DNA of 64,000 nucleotides. Origin: Longimicrobiales bacterium. GTDB lineage: Bacteria; Gemmatimonadota; Gemmatimonadetes; Longimicrobiales; Gaopeijiaceae. Made by a program: the position numbers and the translations under genes. Position 1 is the first letter of the stretch; every line of letters starts with the position of its first letter. Location of the stretch: NCBI GenBank assembly GCA_965249725.1, contig OZ252251.1:704001-768000 (forward strand), in the 5' to 3' direction. Positions 1 through 10,508 of the stretch are shown here, one piece after another. The notes under the pieces were generated by a model that did no database searches, was not told the DNA's origin, and saw nothing but the letters and a program-made list of their open reading frames with translations.

Positions 1-2
1 GT

Positions 3-17
3 TGGCACCTTACTTGC
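3..17 (+). promoter_or_regulatory. sigma54 (-24/-12) promoter
   Basis: TGGCAC-CTTAC-TTGC (GG-N10-GC) about 30 nt upstream of the cytochrome c start; AGGA SD-like sequence at about 35. Confidence 0.6.
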
Positions 18-48
18 CGATCGTCTCTCATATCAGGAAACGAACCAC

Positions 49-498
49 GTGACTCGACTGTTCGACCCGACGACGTCTTTGAAGCGAGGCACCTCGAGTC
101 GCCTATGGGTGGCTCTGTCGATCGCGATCGTCATGGTGTTCACGCTCGGGCCCGATGATGCGGCGGCTCAGGCGGGTTCATCGATGTCGACTCAAGATGG
201 AGTCTTCTCCGAGGCTCAGGCGCGAAGTGGGCAGGAGACGTTCGAGACCGTGTGCGCAGCCTGTCACGAGCCGTCCCAATTCGGCGAGGGCTTCATCTCG
301 GCCTGGGCAGGCGCCACGGTCGGAGACCTCTTCGACTTGTTGAGCGCGCTCATGCCCGAGGATCAGCCGGGCTCCCTGGAGCCGGCGCAGTACGTAGCGG
401 TCCTCTCCTACATCTTCGAGATGAACGGACTCCCTACCGGGCCCCTCGCGCTCGGTGAGCAGAGGGACGTCTTGGGCAGTATCCGCATCGAGAATTGA
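49..498 (+). CDS. Periplasmic class I c-type cytochrome
   Basis: Signal peptide, CAACH heme-binding motif, distal MP (LMPEDQPG). Confidence 0.85.
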   Translation: MTRLFDPTTSLKRGTSSRLWVALSIAIVMVFTLGPDDAAAQAGSSMSTQDGVFSEAQARSGQETFETVCAACHEPSQFGEGFISAWAGATVGDLFDLLSALMPEDQPGSLEPAQYVAVLSYIFEMNGLPTGPLALGEQRDVLGSIRIEN

Positions 499-560
499 AA
501 CCGAGGCGAACGGATGCCCCAGAGCGGGGTGACGAACGCTTCCTGAGAGAAGGAGTCAGC

Positions 561-1205
561 ATGCGAAATTTTCGTTTGATTCTTGCCGCCGTTCCGCTGG
601 TGTTGCTGGGCTGGAGCCCTGCACCCGTTCAGGAGCCCGCGATGAGCTTCTTCCTCACCAGCGCCGGACCTGGAAACGGGGCCGACCTGGGTGGACTCGA
701 GGGTGCAGACCGCTACTGTCGGATGTTGGCCCGGACCGTGGAGGGTGACGATGAGCGTGCATGGCGCGCCTATCTCAGCACGACAGGGCCGATGGGGTTC
801 AACGCACGGGATCGGATCGGATCAGGTCCGTGGTACAATTCGCGCGGCGTCCGTATAGCGGACAACGTGGCAAACCTGCACAGTGACTCGAACAACCTCA
901 CGAAGGACACGCAGCTATCCGAAAAGGGTGAGGTGATCAACGGTCGAGGCGACAGCCCCAACCGACACGACATCCTTACGGGCTCCCAGTTGGACGGCAC
1001 TGCCGCTCCGGGTGGAGACGACACGAACTGCTCGAACTGGACGAGTCAGGGAGAGGGTAGCGCTCTGGTGGGTCACCACGATCGCCAAGGTGGTGGTGCG
1101 AACCCAACGTCATGGAACTCCGCGCACGCCTCCAGAGGCTGCAGCCAGGACAACCTACAGGGCACCGGCGGAGATGGCCTCTTCTATTGTTTCGTCGGGA
1201 TCTGA
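561..1205 (+). CDS. Secreted lectin-like (endostatin/C-type lectin fold) protein
   Basis: ATG 561 after AAGGAG; signal peptide; GLEGADRYC, WRAYLS, ARDRIGSGPW, GLFYCF motifs. Confidence 0.75.
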   Translation: MRNFRLILAAVPLVLLGWSPAPVQEPAMSFFLTSAGPGNGADLGGLEGADRYCRMLARTVEGDDERAWRAYLSTTGPMGFNARDRIGSGPWYNSRGVRIADNVANLHSDSNNLTKDTQLSEKGEVINGRGDSPNRHDILTGSQLDGTAAPGGDDTNCSNWTSQGEGSALVGHHDRQGGGANPTSWNSAHASRGCSQDNLQGTGGDGLFYCFVGI

Positions 1206-1437
1206 TTCCCCGATAGCGGAAGTGGCGGGCTCCTCTCTGGCGTACGTGTCGGGGGGGAGCTTTGCCGTACGTGTGGCCGTGGCCTTGGTGATTACGCTAT
1301 GCGTCCAGGCTCCGCTCGGGGCTCAGCAAGTCCTGGTCCCTTGCCCATCCTGCGGCCTGTAGGCTGGTGGCTCCGGACAACTCGCACGGACTCTGCTGGG
1401 AGCGAATTGTGTCCTCTGGAGAGGACGTGTGATCGGG

Positions 1438-3591
1438 CTAGCGAGAGGCCCGACGTAGGAGCGCGGCAGCGTTGGGAAGTGCAACGAGGGCCATTGTGGC
1501 TGCGGTCAACGTACCCAGGATGACGGCGAAGCCGAAGCGCCGGGTGGGTGGGAAGGTGGAGAGGGCGAAGATGCCGAAACCGACGCAAATGAGGAGCGTC
1601 GCCGCAAGTACCGGTTGAAGGATCTGACTCCTGGCGGTGGTCCAACTCTCGGTCCGAGCAAAGCCGCGGTCCCGCAGATGTCGCACTCTTACGACCAGGT
1701 GAATCATGGAATCCACTCCCATGGCCAGCGCAACGTTGGCTGCGGGAGACGTGATGATGTCCACGGCTATCCCCAGGTGGCCGAAGGTGCCGAGCACGAC
1801 CAAGGGGATCGTGGTGAGGCAGGCCACCATGACCAGTGCGTGTCGCGACGAGCGAGAGACGACGAGGGCCACGCCTACGAACAGGATCAGCAGCCCCCCC
1901 AACCCGATGCGAAGGCTCGACGCGATCAGGCGTCCCAGTTGTGCCTGCAGATCGTAGAGGCCCCCGACCAAGACGGGCTCCAGGCCCGCGTCACGGGCGT
2001 GATCCGTCAAGCGCTCGATCACAACGTCTCGCGAAGCTTCCTTCGCCGACTCTCGCATGCGAAGAAAGAAGAGCCCCTCGTCCCTCTCTCTGGTGACGAA
2101 GCTCAGTGCTACTTGGTCGAGGGCCGGGCTTTCCGCGATGTCCAAGAGGGTGCTCAGGCCCATGAAACGAGCGAGGGGCTGCAGCCGAGCGTGTCCGAGC
2201 AGCACGGGGGGTGACACGACCACTCCGACCGCCGAATCGGCTTCCAAAGCGTCCTGGAACGCCCACATGCGTTCGTTGACCACATCCTCGTCGATGCGCC
2301 CTCCCGCGGCGTCGCGGACGGCGATGTTGAGGGTGCTGCTGCCGCCGTCACGGTCGACGCGCTCGAGGCCCTCGCGCAGGCTCGATCCCTCAGCGAAGTA
2401 GGTGAGCAGGCCGGGATCGGTATCCAGCTTCGGCACGCCGACACCCAAGGCGATAGCGATCACAGCGATCCCGGCGAGCATGCCGGGTCGGGCCCTCCAC
2501 GGGGACTCTGGCGTGCCCGCCGCCGCCGACTCGTCGGGGCCGGGTCCCGGCATCGCCCCGCGACTTAAGAACGTCGGGTAGATCGTGTAGGCCACAACCA
2601 TGGCCGTAGCCGCGCCAATGGCTCCCGCGATTCCCAACTCCCTCAGCGGCCTGGCAGACGCCACGAGCAGGCTCAGAAAGCCCAAGAGGGTCGTTGCCAT
2701 GGACCAAAAGGAAGCCTCCACGGTCGATGCCACGGCATGACCCACCACTTCGTCGGCCGTAAGCGCTTCACCTCGGGTTCGTCGCCAGTTCGCTGTGAGA
2801 AACACGACGTGCGACAAGGTGAGCACGAAGACGATCGTGATGAGGTTGGCGGTGAGCAGCCCGATCTGTATGCCCAGGGACTGGGTCACCAACAAGGTGG
2901 CAGCGCACGCAGTGACGCAGGTCGTCAACGCCCCAATGACGATGGCGCCGTCCCGGTAGACGACTCCAGCCAGGAAGCCGTAGAGGAGGAGGGCCGCAAG
3001 GCTGAACACAACCAGGTCTCGAAACAGGTTGCGTCGAATCTGTTCGACGATGACCGGGACCCCTGACATCACCAGGCCGAGTTCCGGGGCCTCGTGGGCG
3101 TCGATCACTGTCTCCAGCCGCGGCAGCAGCACCTCTGGGTCGGTGCCGTCCGTCTGGAGGATGAGGTTGGTCGCGTTTTCGTCAGCCGTCAGCAGGATCC
3201 GCGAGAACAGGGGGCTCCTCGCAGGGGAGTCTGTGGTGATCGAGAACACGTTCACCGCGCCGTTCACCTCGGAGAGGGCTTGGGTCAGGTCGCTCACTCG
3301 TTCGCGGTAGAGGGCCGGATCGCCTCCCCGATCTGCCGCGCGGACCACCACTTGAGGCGGGGACGGATATCTGTGGTCGAGCTCGACCGACGCCTGGAGC
3401 TGAGGATCGTCGGCGGAAAAGAAAAAGTCCGTCTCGACCTTGGGCGACAGGTCCACCCACTGTCCGACGGCCAAGAGCCCTGCCGCCATCACCCCCAGCG
3501 AGCCCCATGGTGCGGTCGGGTGGGTCCAAGCACGACGGAACATCAGAGTGCCAAGACGGTCGAAGGGTGTGAATATCGTCGCCACCGACAC
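1438..3591 (-). CDS. MMPL/RND family membrane transporter
   Basis: Two repeats of TM + periplasmic loop + TM bundle; MGVDSMIH motif; start uncertain. Confidence 0.85.
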   Translation of the reverse strand: MSVATIFTPFDRLGTLMFRRAWTHPTAPWGSLGVMAAGLLAVGQWVDLSPKVETDFFFSADDPQLQASVELDHRYPSPPQVVVRAADRGGDPALYRERVSDLTQALSEVNGAVNVFSITTDSPARSPLFSRILLTADENATNLILQTDGTDPEVLLPRLETVIDAHEAPELGLVMSGVPVIVEQIRRNLFRDLVVFSLAALLLYGFLAGVVYRDGAIVIGALTTCVTACAATLLVTQSLGIQIGLLTANLITIVFVLTLSHVVFLTANWRRTRGEALTADEVVGHAVASTVEASFWSMATTLLGFLSLLVASARPLRELGIAGAIGAATAMVVAYTIYPTFLSRGAMPGPGPDESAAAGTPESPWRARPGMLAGIAVIAIALGVGVPKLDTDPGLLTYFAEGSSLREGLERVDRDGGSSTLNIAVRDAAGGRIDEDVVNERMWAFQDALEADSAVGVVVSPPVLLGHARLQPLARFMGLSTLLDIAESPALDQVALSFVTRERDEGLFFLRMRESAKEASRDVVIERLTDHARDAGLEPVLVGGLYDLQAQLGRLIASSLRIGLGGLLILFVGVALVVSRSSRHALVMVACLTTIPLVVLGTFGHLGIAVDIITSPAANVALAMGVDSMIHLVVRVRHLRDRGFARTESWTTARSQILQPVLAATLLICVGFGIFALSTFPPTRRFGFAVILGTLTAATMALVALPNAAALLRRASR

Positions 3592-3605
3592 AAGGAAGCG
3601 CTCAC

Positions 3606-4061
3606 GTGAGAGCCCACACAGTCATCCTCGTCCTATCCCTCGTATTGTCATGGCAAGCTCAACCCGCGGCGAGCCAGGAGGCCGAGGTACGGCAAGCCGT
3701 TACCGAGACGCTCGAGGCGTGGAGATCCGGTGACTTCGGGCGGTTCGCGACCTTCTACCACGCCGAAACCCGTGGGTTCTTTCTCGACGGCGGGGCACTC
3801 CTCGAAGGGTTCAACGTGGCGGCTCTCGAGGCCGCGTACAACACCGGATTCCGGGCCGAGCTGGACCTCGGCGAGGTGAGTGTTCGGGTGCGTGGCGACG
3901 TGGCGACGACGACGGCACTCCTGGAGGGGGCATTGACCATGCCCGGAGGGTCCACCGTGGAGGGTACGTGGCGCTACACGGACACCCGAGTTCTCGAAGA
4001 GGGGACATGGAAGGTCCTGCAATACCACTTCTCCGAGATGGAGGCTCCGGTAGGTCGGTGA
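3606..4061 (+). CDS. Secreted NTF2/SnoaL-like (DUF4440-type) protein
   Basis: Signal peptide; RYTDTRVLEEGTWKVLQYHFS terminal strands. Confidence 0.75.
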   Translation: MRAHTVILVLSLVLSWQAQPAASQEAEVRQAVTETLEAWRSGDFGRFATFYHAETRGFFLDGGALLEGFNVAALEAAYNTGFRAELDLGEVSVRVRGDVATTTALLEGALTMPGGSTVEGTWRYTDTRVLEEGTWKVLQYHFSEMEAPVGR

Positions 4062-4063
4062 CG

Positions 4064-4801
4064 TCACCGCATCCGGTCTTCGTCTCTCAGTGAGTTCCCG
4101 AGGAAATCCGCTGCGTAGTCGATCGTGCACATGGTCCGAAACGTGAAGTGAGGGCCGCAGGCTACGCCGATGAAGCGGAACTCGGGGCTGAAGATGTTGT
4201 GCCGGTGGCCCCGGTCGGGCACCCCGTCGTCGATGATCAAACCCATGACCACCCGGCGCGCTTGGTCCGGCCCGTAGGAGATGTTCTCGCCGACCACCAC
4301 GTCCCACTTGCCGTAGCGTGCGACCCGGTCCCAGGGCTTCGAGCCATCACTCCCGTCGTGACCGGTGGCACCCCTCGGCCCCTGGTCGAGAACGTGGTCT
4401 TCTGCCGCTCGCGAAATGCCTTTGGATGCCGTGAGGGGGGGCAGAGGGTTCACGTCCAAGAGGTACTGAATCGCCTCGGTCACCGCTTTGACCCCTTCCT
4501 GCGTGATCACGCTCGGTTCCCCCGGGAAGTGGATCATCTTCCCCTCGAACCGGCGTCCCAGGATGGCCAAGTGTTGGACGTACGCCTTGGGATTCTGCCG
4601 AGCGAGATTGTGCTCCTCGACGATCGCGTCCTCAAGGGCGCCGAAGCGGTCGTAGGGGGTGACGGTTGCTCCGGCCGCAGGCTCGTCAGCACGAGCGTTG
4701 TCAGCAGCGTTGGTAGCAGCGTTGGTAGGAGCGTTGGTAGGCGAACCGGTCACGGATAGGGCGCCCACGGTGGCCAGGATGACAAGAACAATGCGCGTCA
4801 T
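4064..4801 (-). CDS. CAP (SCP-like) domain secreted protein
   Basis: HNLAR, GHDGSDG, GENISYG, DDGVPDRGHRHNI motifs. Confidence 0.85.
   Translation of the reverse strand: MTRIVLVILATVGALSVTGSPTNAPTNAATNAADNARADEPAAGATVTPYDRFGALEDAIVEEHNLARQNPKAYVQHLAILGRRFEGKMIHFPGEPSVITQEGVKAVTEAIQYLLDVNPLPPLTASKGISRAAEDHVLDQGPRGATGHDGSDGSKPWDRVARYGKWDVVVGENISYGPDQARRVVMGLIIDDGVPDRGHRHNIFSPEFRFIGVACGPHFTFRTMCTIDYAADFLGNSLRDEDRMR
4694..4741. repeat. 12-bp tandem repeat x4 (AGCGTTGGTAGS) encoding PTNA/ATNA
   Basis: Read directly. Confidence 0.9.
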
Positions 4802-4866
4802 GATGTGTCAACGTATACTGATTGCCTCAGATAGGTTCCTCGCACCGACGAGAAGGAGGGCTCCCG

Positions 4867-5499
4867 ATGCGACTACGCTGGACTGCGTTCGTCTTCGCCC
4901 TTGCCTTGGGGTTCGTGTTGGTCCAACCCGCTGAAGCCCAGAATGAAGAATCCACGCTCATTGCCGTGGGTGAGATGGCGCCGGACTTCTCGCTTCCCGG
5001 TGCAACCCGCTACGGAGTCCTCCAGGACCCGGTCCGCTTGTCGGATTTGAGGGGAGAGGTGGTGGTATTGGCGTTCTTCTTCAGGGCGCGAACACGTGGC
5101 TGAACAATTCAAATGGAAGCGTACCGTGATCAGTACGCCAGCGTATTCAGGGGTGGCCGAGGCGTAACCGTCATCGGCATCAGCGACGACTCCGCGGAGG
5201 AACTCGGTTCGTGGGCTGCCGACGCCGATTTCCCCGTCCTCTTCGCACAGGACGAGGGCCATGAGGTTGCCGAGGCCTATGGTCTCGGACTCCGTACGAG
5301 CGGTAACATCGCCTCACGATCGGTCATCGTGATCGGTCCGGATGGTAGGATTGCCTGGGTGACCGAACGGTTCCGTGAGATCGACCCGACGGCCTACGAA
5401 GAGCTCGGCGCCGAGGTTGAGCGCGTGGCTCCGGCCCTGGACGAGGGAGATGACGAGTCCATGGACGATGGACCTGAGGGAGCGGGTCCCGACTGCTAG
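4867..5499 (+). CDS. Secreted peroxiredoxin-like (BCP/AhpC-TSA) selenoprotein, Sec at TGA 5101-5103
   Basis: The two track ORFs are in one frame: APDFSLPG...VVLAFFFRARTRG-TGA-TIQMEAYRDQY...VIGISDDS; TGA sits at the peroxidatic Cys position (TxGC); AGGAGG SD before ATG 4867. Confidence 0.85.
5114..5140 (+). promoter_or_regulatory. Bacterial SECIS-like hairpin
   Basis: Stem GCGTAC 5119-5124 / GTACGC 5133-5138, loop CGTGATCA with G at position 2, 21 nt after the TGA. Confidence 0.7.
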
Positions 5500-5537
5500 C
5501 CCGGAGTGTCCACAGGGCGTGGACATCGAATTGAATG

Positions 5538-5569
5538 AGAGGGGTCTGGCCAGGTGGCCAGGCCCCTCT
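5538..5569. terminator. Hairpin between convergent genes (probable terminator)
   Basis: AGAGGGGTCTGGCC-aggt-GGCCAGGCCCCTCT, 14-bp stem with one G-U pair. Confidence 0.65.
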
Positions 5570-5593
5570 TCGCTTGCAACGGCTAAGGGCGGG

Positions 5594-6157
5594 CTAGTCC
5601 GACCCGTCCAGGGCGGTCATGACGGCGGCCTCGATGTTCTGCTCCGGCCCCACCCCGGTGTAGGTGACGACGCCCTGCGTGTCCAAGACGACGATGTATG
5701 AGGTGGCGGGAGCGAGGAAGGCTCGCACGGCTCGCCCACCTTCGTCCCAGATCGTGGCGTAGTCGACCGGATGGTCCGCGAGCGCTCGCTTGACCGATCG
5801 GGGCGACTGAGACACGGCGACGCTGATGGCCAGAAACTCGATGCGGTCACGGAATCGCCCATAAACGTCGACCATCTGTGGCACGAGCGCCTCGCAGTTC
5901 TCGCACCATCGTGCGTAGAACTCGATCAGTAGAGGCTTCTCGCCCACGTAGTCCGTCAGCTTCACCGGGTTGCCATCGAGGTCCGCGATCTCCACGAGCT
6001 CGGGGCGCTCCCCCAGCGCGATTCCCACCTCCCCACGCATCTGGGCTGAGGCGCTCCGAGGAGCTGTCACGAGAATCGTGAAGACCAGCATCGTGACGAG
6101 TGTCGGAAGCAGGCCCGCGGACGGGTGCCAGAGTCCATCGAGATCGATCTTGTTCAC
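5594..6157 (-). CDS. TlpA/ResA-family thioredoxin-like disulfide reductase
   Basis: LIEFYARWCENC; GTG overlaps the ccdA stop; the 626-aa track ORF is over-extended. Confidence 0.85.
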   Translation of the reverse strand: MNKIDLDGLWHPSAGLLPTLVTMLVFTILVTAPRSASAQMRGEVGIALGERPELVEIADLDGNPVKLTDYVGEKPLLIEFYARWCENCEALVPQMVDVYGRFRDRIEFLAISVAVSQSPRSVKRALADHPVDYATIWDEGGRAVRAFLAPATSYIVVLDTQGVVTYTGVGPEQNIEAAVMTALDGSD

Positions 6158-6882
6158 AGTACCATGCCCACCTGAACGAAGTAGTACTCGGCCATCAAGA
6201 GCATAATCACCGCGGCGGCCTTTTTGATCCAGACCATCCACGAGCCGGAGGCGGGCAACGCCGCTCCGAAGCCCGAGAAGAGGCCCACTCCAACCAGTAG
6301 CGCCGTCATCCCGAGGGAGAAGACGAACAGGTAGAGGAAGCCCATCAGTCCCGCCTGGGTCGCCGCCACCCACGTGAGAACCACGGCGAACGCGGGTGCG
6401 CCACACGGAGCGGCCACGACGCCCGAGGTCGCTCCGAGGGCGAACACTGCGGGATAGGAGCCGCCTCCCAGGCCGCCCGCCCACGCCAGAAGCCGTCGGG
6501 GCGCGGAGAGGGGGAAGACGTCGAGCATGGCCAGGCCGAACACCAGAAGCAGGTTGGCGATCGCGAACCGGGCCCACGGGCTCGCGCTCACGGTCCCGAA
6601 AAGTGTGCCCGTCATGCCGGCGATGAGTCCCACCGTGGCGTAGAGCAGTGCGAGGCCCATCACATAGGTGAGCGTAAGACCGACGACCCTCGATCGGGGC
6701 GCGTCGTGGTCCGTCGTGCCGGCCAGGACGGAGGCCGTGATCGGGATCATCGGGTAGATGCACGGCGTCAGGCTTGTCAGCACGCCAGCCCCGAACAGAG
6801 TCACGAGCGCGAGGAGCGGGCTTTGCGAAAGGCTCTCCGAGAGGCCGGAGCTCTGAAGCGTCAGATAGAGCATGGCCGTCAT
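6154..6882 (-). CDS. ccdA: CcdA/DsbD transmembrane electron transporter
   Basis: SLTPCIYPMIP and VAAPCGAP motifs; about six TM helices. Confidence 0.85.
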   Translation of the reverse strand: MTAMLYLTLQSSGLSESLSQSPLLALVTLFGAGVLTSLTPCIYPMIPITASVLAGTTDHDAPRSRVVGLTLTYVMGLALLYATVGLIAGMTGTLFGTVSASPWARFAIANLLLVFGLAMLDVFPLSAPRRLLAWAGGLGGGSYPAVFALGATSGVVAAPCGAPAFAVVLTWVAATQAGLMGFLYLFVFSLGMTALLVGVGLFSGFGAALPASGSWMVWIKKAAAVIMLLMAEYYFVQVGMVL

Positions 6883-6961
6883 TGTAGTGGGACGAAACCG
6901 AAGTTCCTAGCGTCGCTCCGACCGAAGTGCTCGCTTTGACGTTTGGGGTGGGGCAAGTTAG

Positions 6962-9900
6962 ATGGTAGGCGCCGTACAGACCTACCGCGGGAAACTCCAC
7001 TTCACGAACTCTCCAATTGAGGACTCGAGCGTGCGGAAAACCGGCCATCATCGACTTCACCCCCTGTCCGCCGCTTCGAAGCGCGGCGACAGGATAGACT
7101 TCCAGAAGCTCCTTCCTGTGACCGTCGCGCTGTCCCTCGGCTTGACGAGTTGTGGAGGTGGTGGAGACGGTGGCGGTGGTGGTGGTGGCGGCGTCCAACC
7201 CGATCCTCCCAGGGCAACGAGCATGACCGCGTCGCCCACGACCGTGGCATTGGCCTTCTTGGGAGAGTCGACGCACCTGACCGCTTCGGTACGAGATCAA
7301 AACGGACAGCCCTTCAATACGTCCGTCACCTGGTCGTCGGCCGATCCGAGTGTGGCCACCGTGTCTGCGAGTGGCGACGTGACGGCAGTGGCCAACGGTA
7401 CGACTCAGGTGAACGCCGCGGCCGGATCGGTATCGGCCACGGTGGCGGTGACCGTGCAGCAGGTGGCAACCCAAGTGACGATCGTCTCGGGAGACGGCCA
7501 GACCGCGGCGGTAGGCGCGGCCCTGGCGAACCCTCTGGTCGCCCAGAGCAGCGACGCCGGTGGTGCCGCGGTTGGCAACACCGCCATGTCCCTCGCGGTG
7601 ACGACAGGCGGCGGAGCGCTTACGGAGACCTCGGTGACGACCGGCGCAGACGGAAGGGCATCTTCTTCTTGGACGTTAGGCACCGTAGCGGGCACTCAGG
7701 AGGTCACGGCATCCATCGTCGGTGTGACCGGCGGGGCAGCACGGTTCACTGCGGAAGCGACGGCGGGTGCGGCGACGGCCTTTGCGGTTGAGTCCGGTAA
7801 CAACCAGTCCGGTCCGAAGGGCTTTGCCCTTGCGGCGCCGGTCGTTGTGAAGCTCTCCGACGAGTTCGGAAACGGGGTCGCAGACGGCTCCGTTACGTTC
7901 GCGGTAACGGGTGGAGGCGGTTCGGTAGCTCCCGCGGTCGCCACAACGGGATCCGACGGTCTAGCCGAGGCAGCTTGGACCATGGGACCGGCACAGGGCC
8001 CAAACGTGATGACGGCGACGGTTGCGGGTTTCGATGCCGTGACGCTCAACGCCACTTCCGTAGGGATTGCCGATCTCACAGTGGGAGCGATCACCACGAG
8101 CCCGTCATTCCCCACGCCGGCGGATGCGATCACCGCGACCGCGACGATCACCAATGGCGGTGATGGTTCCACGGTGATCGCGTTTCCCGTTCGAGTCCTC
8201 GTGGACAACGTCGAGCAGGCGACGGTCACGGTGGCGGCCCTCGCCGCCGGGGCCGCATTCACGGTGAATCTCCCCGTCGGTGCGTTGGCCGAAGGCACGC
8301 ACGCCTTGAGCGTCGAAGCCGACCCTGATGCGAACGTCCCAGAGTCGGACGAGACCAACAATACGGCGGCGGCGACGGTGAGTTCGCAGACCGGCACAGC
8401 TCTCGCGGCGGGCACCCCCGTGACGGGATTGTCGGGGGCCGCGGGCACCATGACCTTCTTCACGTTCGAGGTTCCCGGCCCGACCGCCGCGCCAGGCCAG
8501 GCGGCGGTGGCGAGCTCTATTCAGGTGGGTGAGGGCCCACAGAAGCCTGGACCTTCGGTTGGGGACATCCGGAAGGTGAACCCAGGTCCAGCCGCCACGT
8601 CATCGGCATCTGTGGTGACCGGGACGGTGAGTCAGTTGGACGTAACCCTGTCGGGCGGCACGGGCGACGCGGACTTGTACGTCAACTTCGGGGATCGGCC
8701 CGATGTCCTGGCAGACTGGGATTGCTTCTCGCTGACGTTCACGAGTGAGGAGACCTGTACCCTGACCGATCCGGTGCCAGGCACCTATCACATCGGGTTT
8801 CAGGCGTTCGGCGCCTTTTCCGGCCTTACGGTCAACGCCGAGACGGTCGTGACCTTCCCCGACCTCGGCGTGACCTCGGTCAACGTGACCCCGGCCAGTC
8901 CCACGCTCACTCAGACCGTCGACGTCGACGTGGTCGTCTCGAACATTGGCGATGGCCCGACCGTTCTGGACTTCGACACCCGACTCATGGTGGACGGAGT
9001 GGCGGTCGAGAGCACGAACGTCAGCGCCCTGGGGACGGGGGGGACCGCCAACGTGTCGTTCACCACGGGCCCGCTCGCCGAAGGGGATCATACGTTCGGG
9101 ATCGAGGTGGACCCGGCGGATGTGATCGACGAGTCGAATGAGGCGAACAACACCACGGAAACGACTGTATCCGCGGTCGATGCGACGCCCATCGTCGCAG
9201 GTATGGCGGTCGACGGGCTATCCGGCGCTGTCGGTAGCGCCGCCTTCTTCACCATCGAGGTGCCGGCCGCAGCGGCCGCACCGGCGTGGGGTCCGGTAGC
9301 GAGTTCCATCGAGGCCGGCGTGGGACCCCAGAAGTTCAGTTCGGCCAGGGGCCGGCCGAGGACGGTCGACTTCGACGGGGACGCGGCTGGCTTCACGGCG
9401 GCGGCTGCGATCACGCAACTCGAGATCACGCTCTCGGGCGGGACCGGGGATTCCGATCTCTTCGTGAGCCATGGGAGCCGCGGAAGTACCACGCCATCGC
9501 CCACCGATTGGGATTGTGCCTCGCAAGGTCCCGCGAGCACCGAGTCGTGCGTGTTCAACAGCCCGGCACCCGGCACGTACCACATCATGATACAGGGCTT
9601 TTCCGCCTTCTCCGGGGCGAGCCTGTTGGGGGCGACGTCCGAGGGCCCGGTGGAGAGCGCATTCAAGATCGAGTTGGTGTACATCAACCATGGCACCGCC
9701 TCTCAGGACGCCGCCTTCCAAGCCGCGGCGGATCGTTGGATGAGCATCATCACTGCCGATGTACCCAGCGTTTCGGTGAGTCTCGCGGCCGACGACTGTA
9801 CGGACGGGTCGCCCGCGTTCACGGGCCTGGTCGACGACTTGATCATCTACGTGGACATCACGCCCATCGACGGGCTCTTCAACACCGTGGGACAGGCCGG

Positions 9901-10508
9901 CCCCTGCATCATCCGAGGCGGCACCGGTATTCCCGCCGTCGGAGCGATGCAGTTCGACAATGCCGATCTCGCGCAGATGGAGAACAGACGGCGACCTCGT
10001 GGAGGTGGCTATCCACGAAATGGGCCACGTGCTCGGAGTCGGCGTGCTGTGGAACCAGCTCGGATTCATCACGAATCCGTCTCTCCCCTCCAATGGAGGC
10101 ACCCAGGGCGCCGACACGCACTTCACCGGTCCGTTGGCGATCGCGGCCTTCGACGCAGCGGGCGGGACGGGGTACACCGGGGGATCCAAGGTGCCGGTCG
10201 AAAATATGCTCGGGGACGGCTCCGGGGATTCCCACTGGAGGGAGGATCCCTTGGGCAACGAGCTCATGACGCCTTCGTTCACTGCCGGGCAGGTGAACCC
10301 GCTGAGCGCGATCTCGATCCAATCCGTGGCGGACATAGGCTACACGGTCGATGTCTCGCAGGCGGAGCCGTACAGCAAGGCATTCACGAGTCCGCCTAGG
10401 GCTCCAGCACCCGGAGTGCGCATGATCGATCTTTCCAACGACGTCCGGCGAGGGCCCATCCGTGTGGTGGACGAGAACGGTCGAGTGCTGCGGGAGATCC
10501 GGCGATGA
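6962..10508 (+). pseudogene. Large surface lipoprotein (Ig-like, 2x CARDB+PPC, leishmanolysin/M8-like zinc protease) with a +1 frameshift near 9983
   Basis: Lipobox LTSC; Ig-like repeats; LSGGTGDADLYV PPC motifs; HEMGHVLG, SHW and NELMT occur only in the shifted frame 9960..10508. Confidence 0.8.

Noticed and set aside
6158..7474. 626-aa ORF 5594..7474 as one protein
   Set aside because: Only the last ~187 codons are thioredoxin-like; the rest overlaps ccdA and the surface protein
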